Shown: piece after piece, positions 33,319-33,534 of the stretch
How positions within the stretch are numbered: position 1 is the stretch's first letter
Layout: every line of letters begins with the position of its first letter
DNA from: Cystobasidiomycetes sp. EMM_F5
Lineage: Eukaryota
Assembly: GCA_051047955.1 (NCBI GenBank)
Contig: JBPGPT010000013.1
Location: 496,001 to 529,534, forward strand
Direction of reading: 5' to 3'
Length of the DNA: 33,534 nt
The notes under the pieces: model-generated
What the model was told of the DNA's origin: nothing
The model's input: the letters and a program-made list of their open reading frames with translations, nothing else
Databases searched by the model: none
Program-made: the position numbers and the translations under genes

Positions 33319-33534
33319 ATGTCCATCCAAGTCAAGAAGTCTGCAGCGACGGAAACACCTCTCGTCTCGCTAGGCAAGGGAGCAGAGATAGGTGTGTATT
33401 ATTGATACCGTGTGATGGTGTCAGCACTCAAAATACTTCCCTGCCAGACGATGTATGGTCTACCGACGATCTTGACTCGGAGAAACCCATCTCTGGCGGT
33501 ATATTCGTTCAGAAGGCTGCTAATGAGCCATTTG
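33319..33534 (+). CDS. EutQ-like cupin protein, 5' part (runs off the window end); absent from the ORF track
   Basis: Exons 33319-33391 and 33448->33534 give MSIQVKKSAATETPLVSLGKGAEIDDVWSTDDLDSEKPISGGIFVQKAANEPF. 'DV.S....EKPISGG.F' resembles, from recall, the N-terminus of fungal EutQ-like cupins. Confidence 0.6.

Noticed and set aside
1..33534. Prokaryotic systems, CRISPR arrays, transposons and rRNA/tRNA genes
   Set aside because: The sequence is spliceosomal-intron-rich eukaryotic DNA. I saw no repeat-spacer array, transposase/RT motif, LTR/TIR or cloverleaf, though small ncRNAs could be missed by eye.

Overview
Gene-dense, intron-rich eukaryotic DNA that looks like a fungal (basidiomycete-like) nuclear genome. 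Introns are mostly 50-75 nt with GTRNGT-type donors, CTRAY-like branch sites and YAG acceptors; the taxonomic placement is an inference. The supplied ORF track ignores splicing, so I rebuilt gene models by hand and some boundaries are approximate. The right two-thirds is housekeeping: V-ATPase subunit a, RNA polymerase III subunit RPC2, an Lcl3-like SNase nuclease, a Pcl-type cyclin, a HAD hydrolase, TSR1, a Mic12-like protein, an NF-YC-like histone-fold protein, Sec66, an orphan single-pass membrane protein and the start of an EutQ-like cupin. The left ~12 kb, after a CBS-domain gene, is an accessory island of mostly secreted-protein genes. It holds four tandem paralogous small secreted proteins sharing a 6-Cys core, a KGG-motif hydrophilin with four phased CreA/Mig1-like boxes upstream, and two divergent secreted RlpA-like/DPBB proteins. 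The most notable observation is that three of the four Cys-rich paralogs appear to need a 2-nt micro-exon (AC), while the fourth carries the same AC fused to the next exon. A decayed duplicate of an exon end also sits inside a V-ATPase intron. No rRNA, tRNA, CRISPR array or transposon was recognised.
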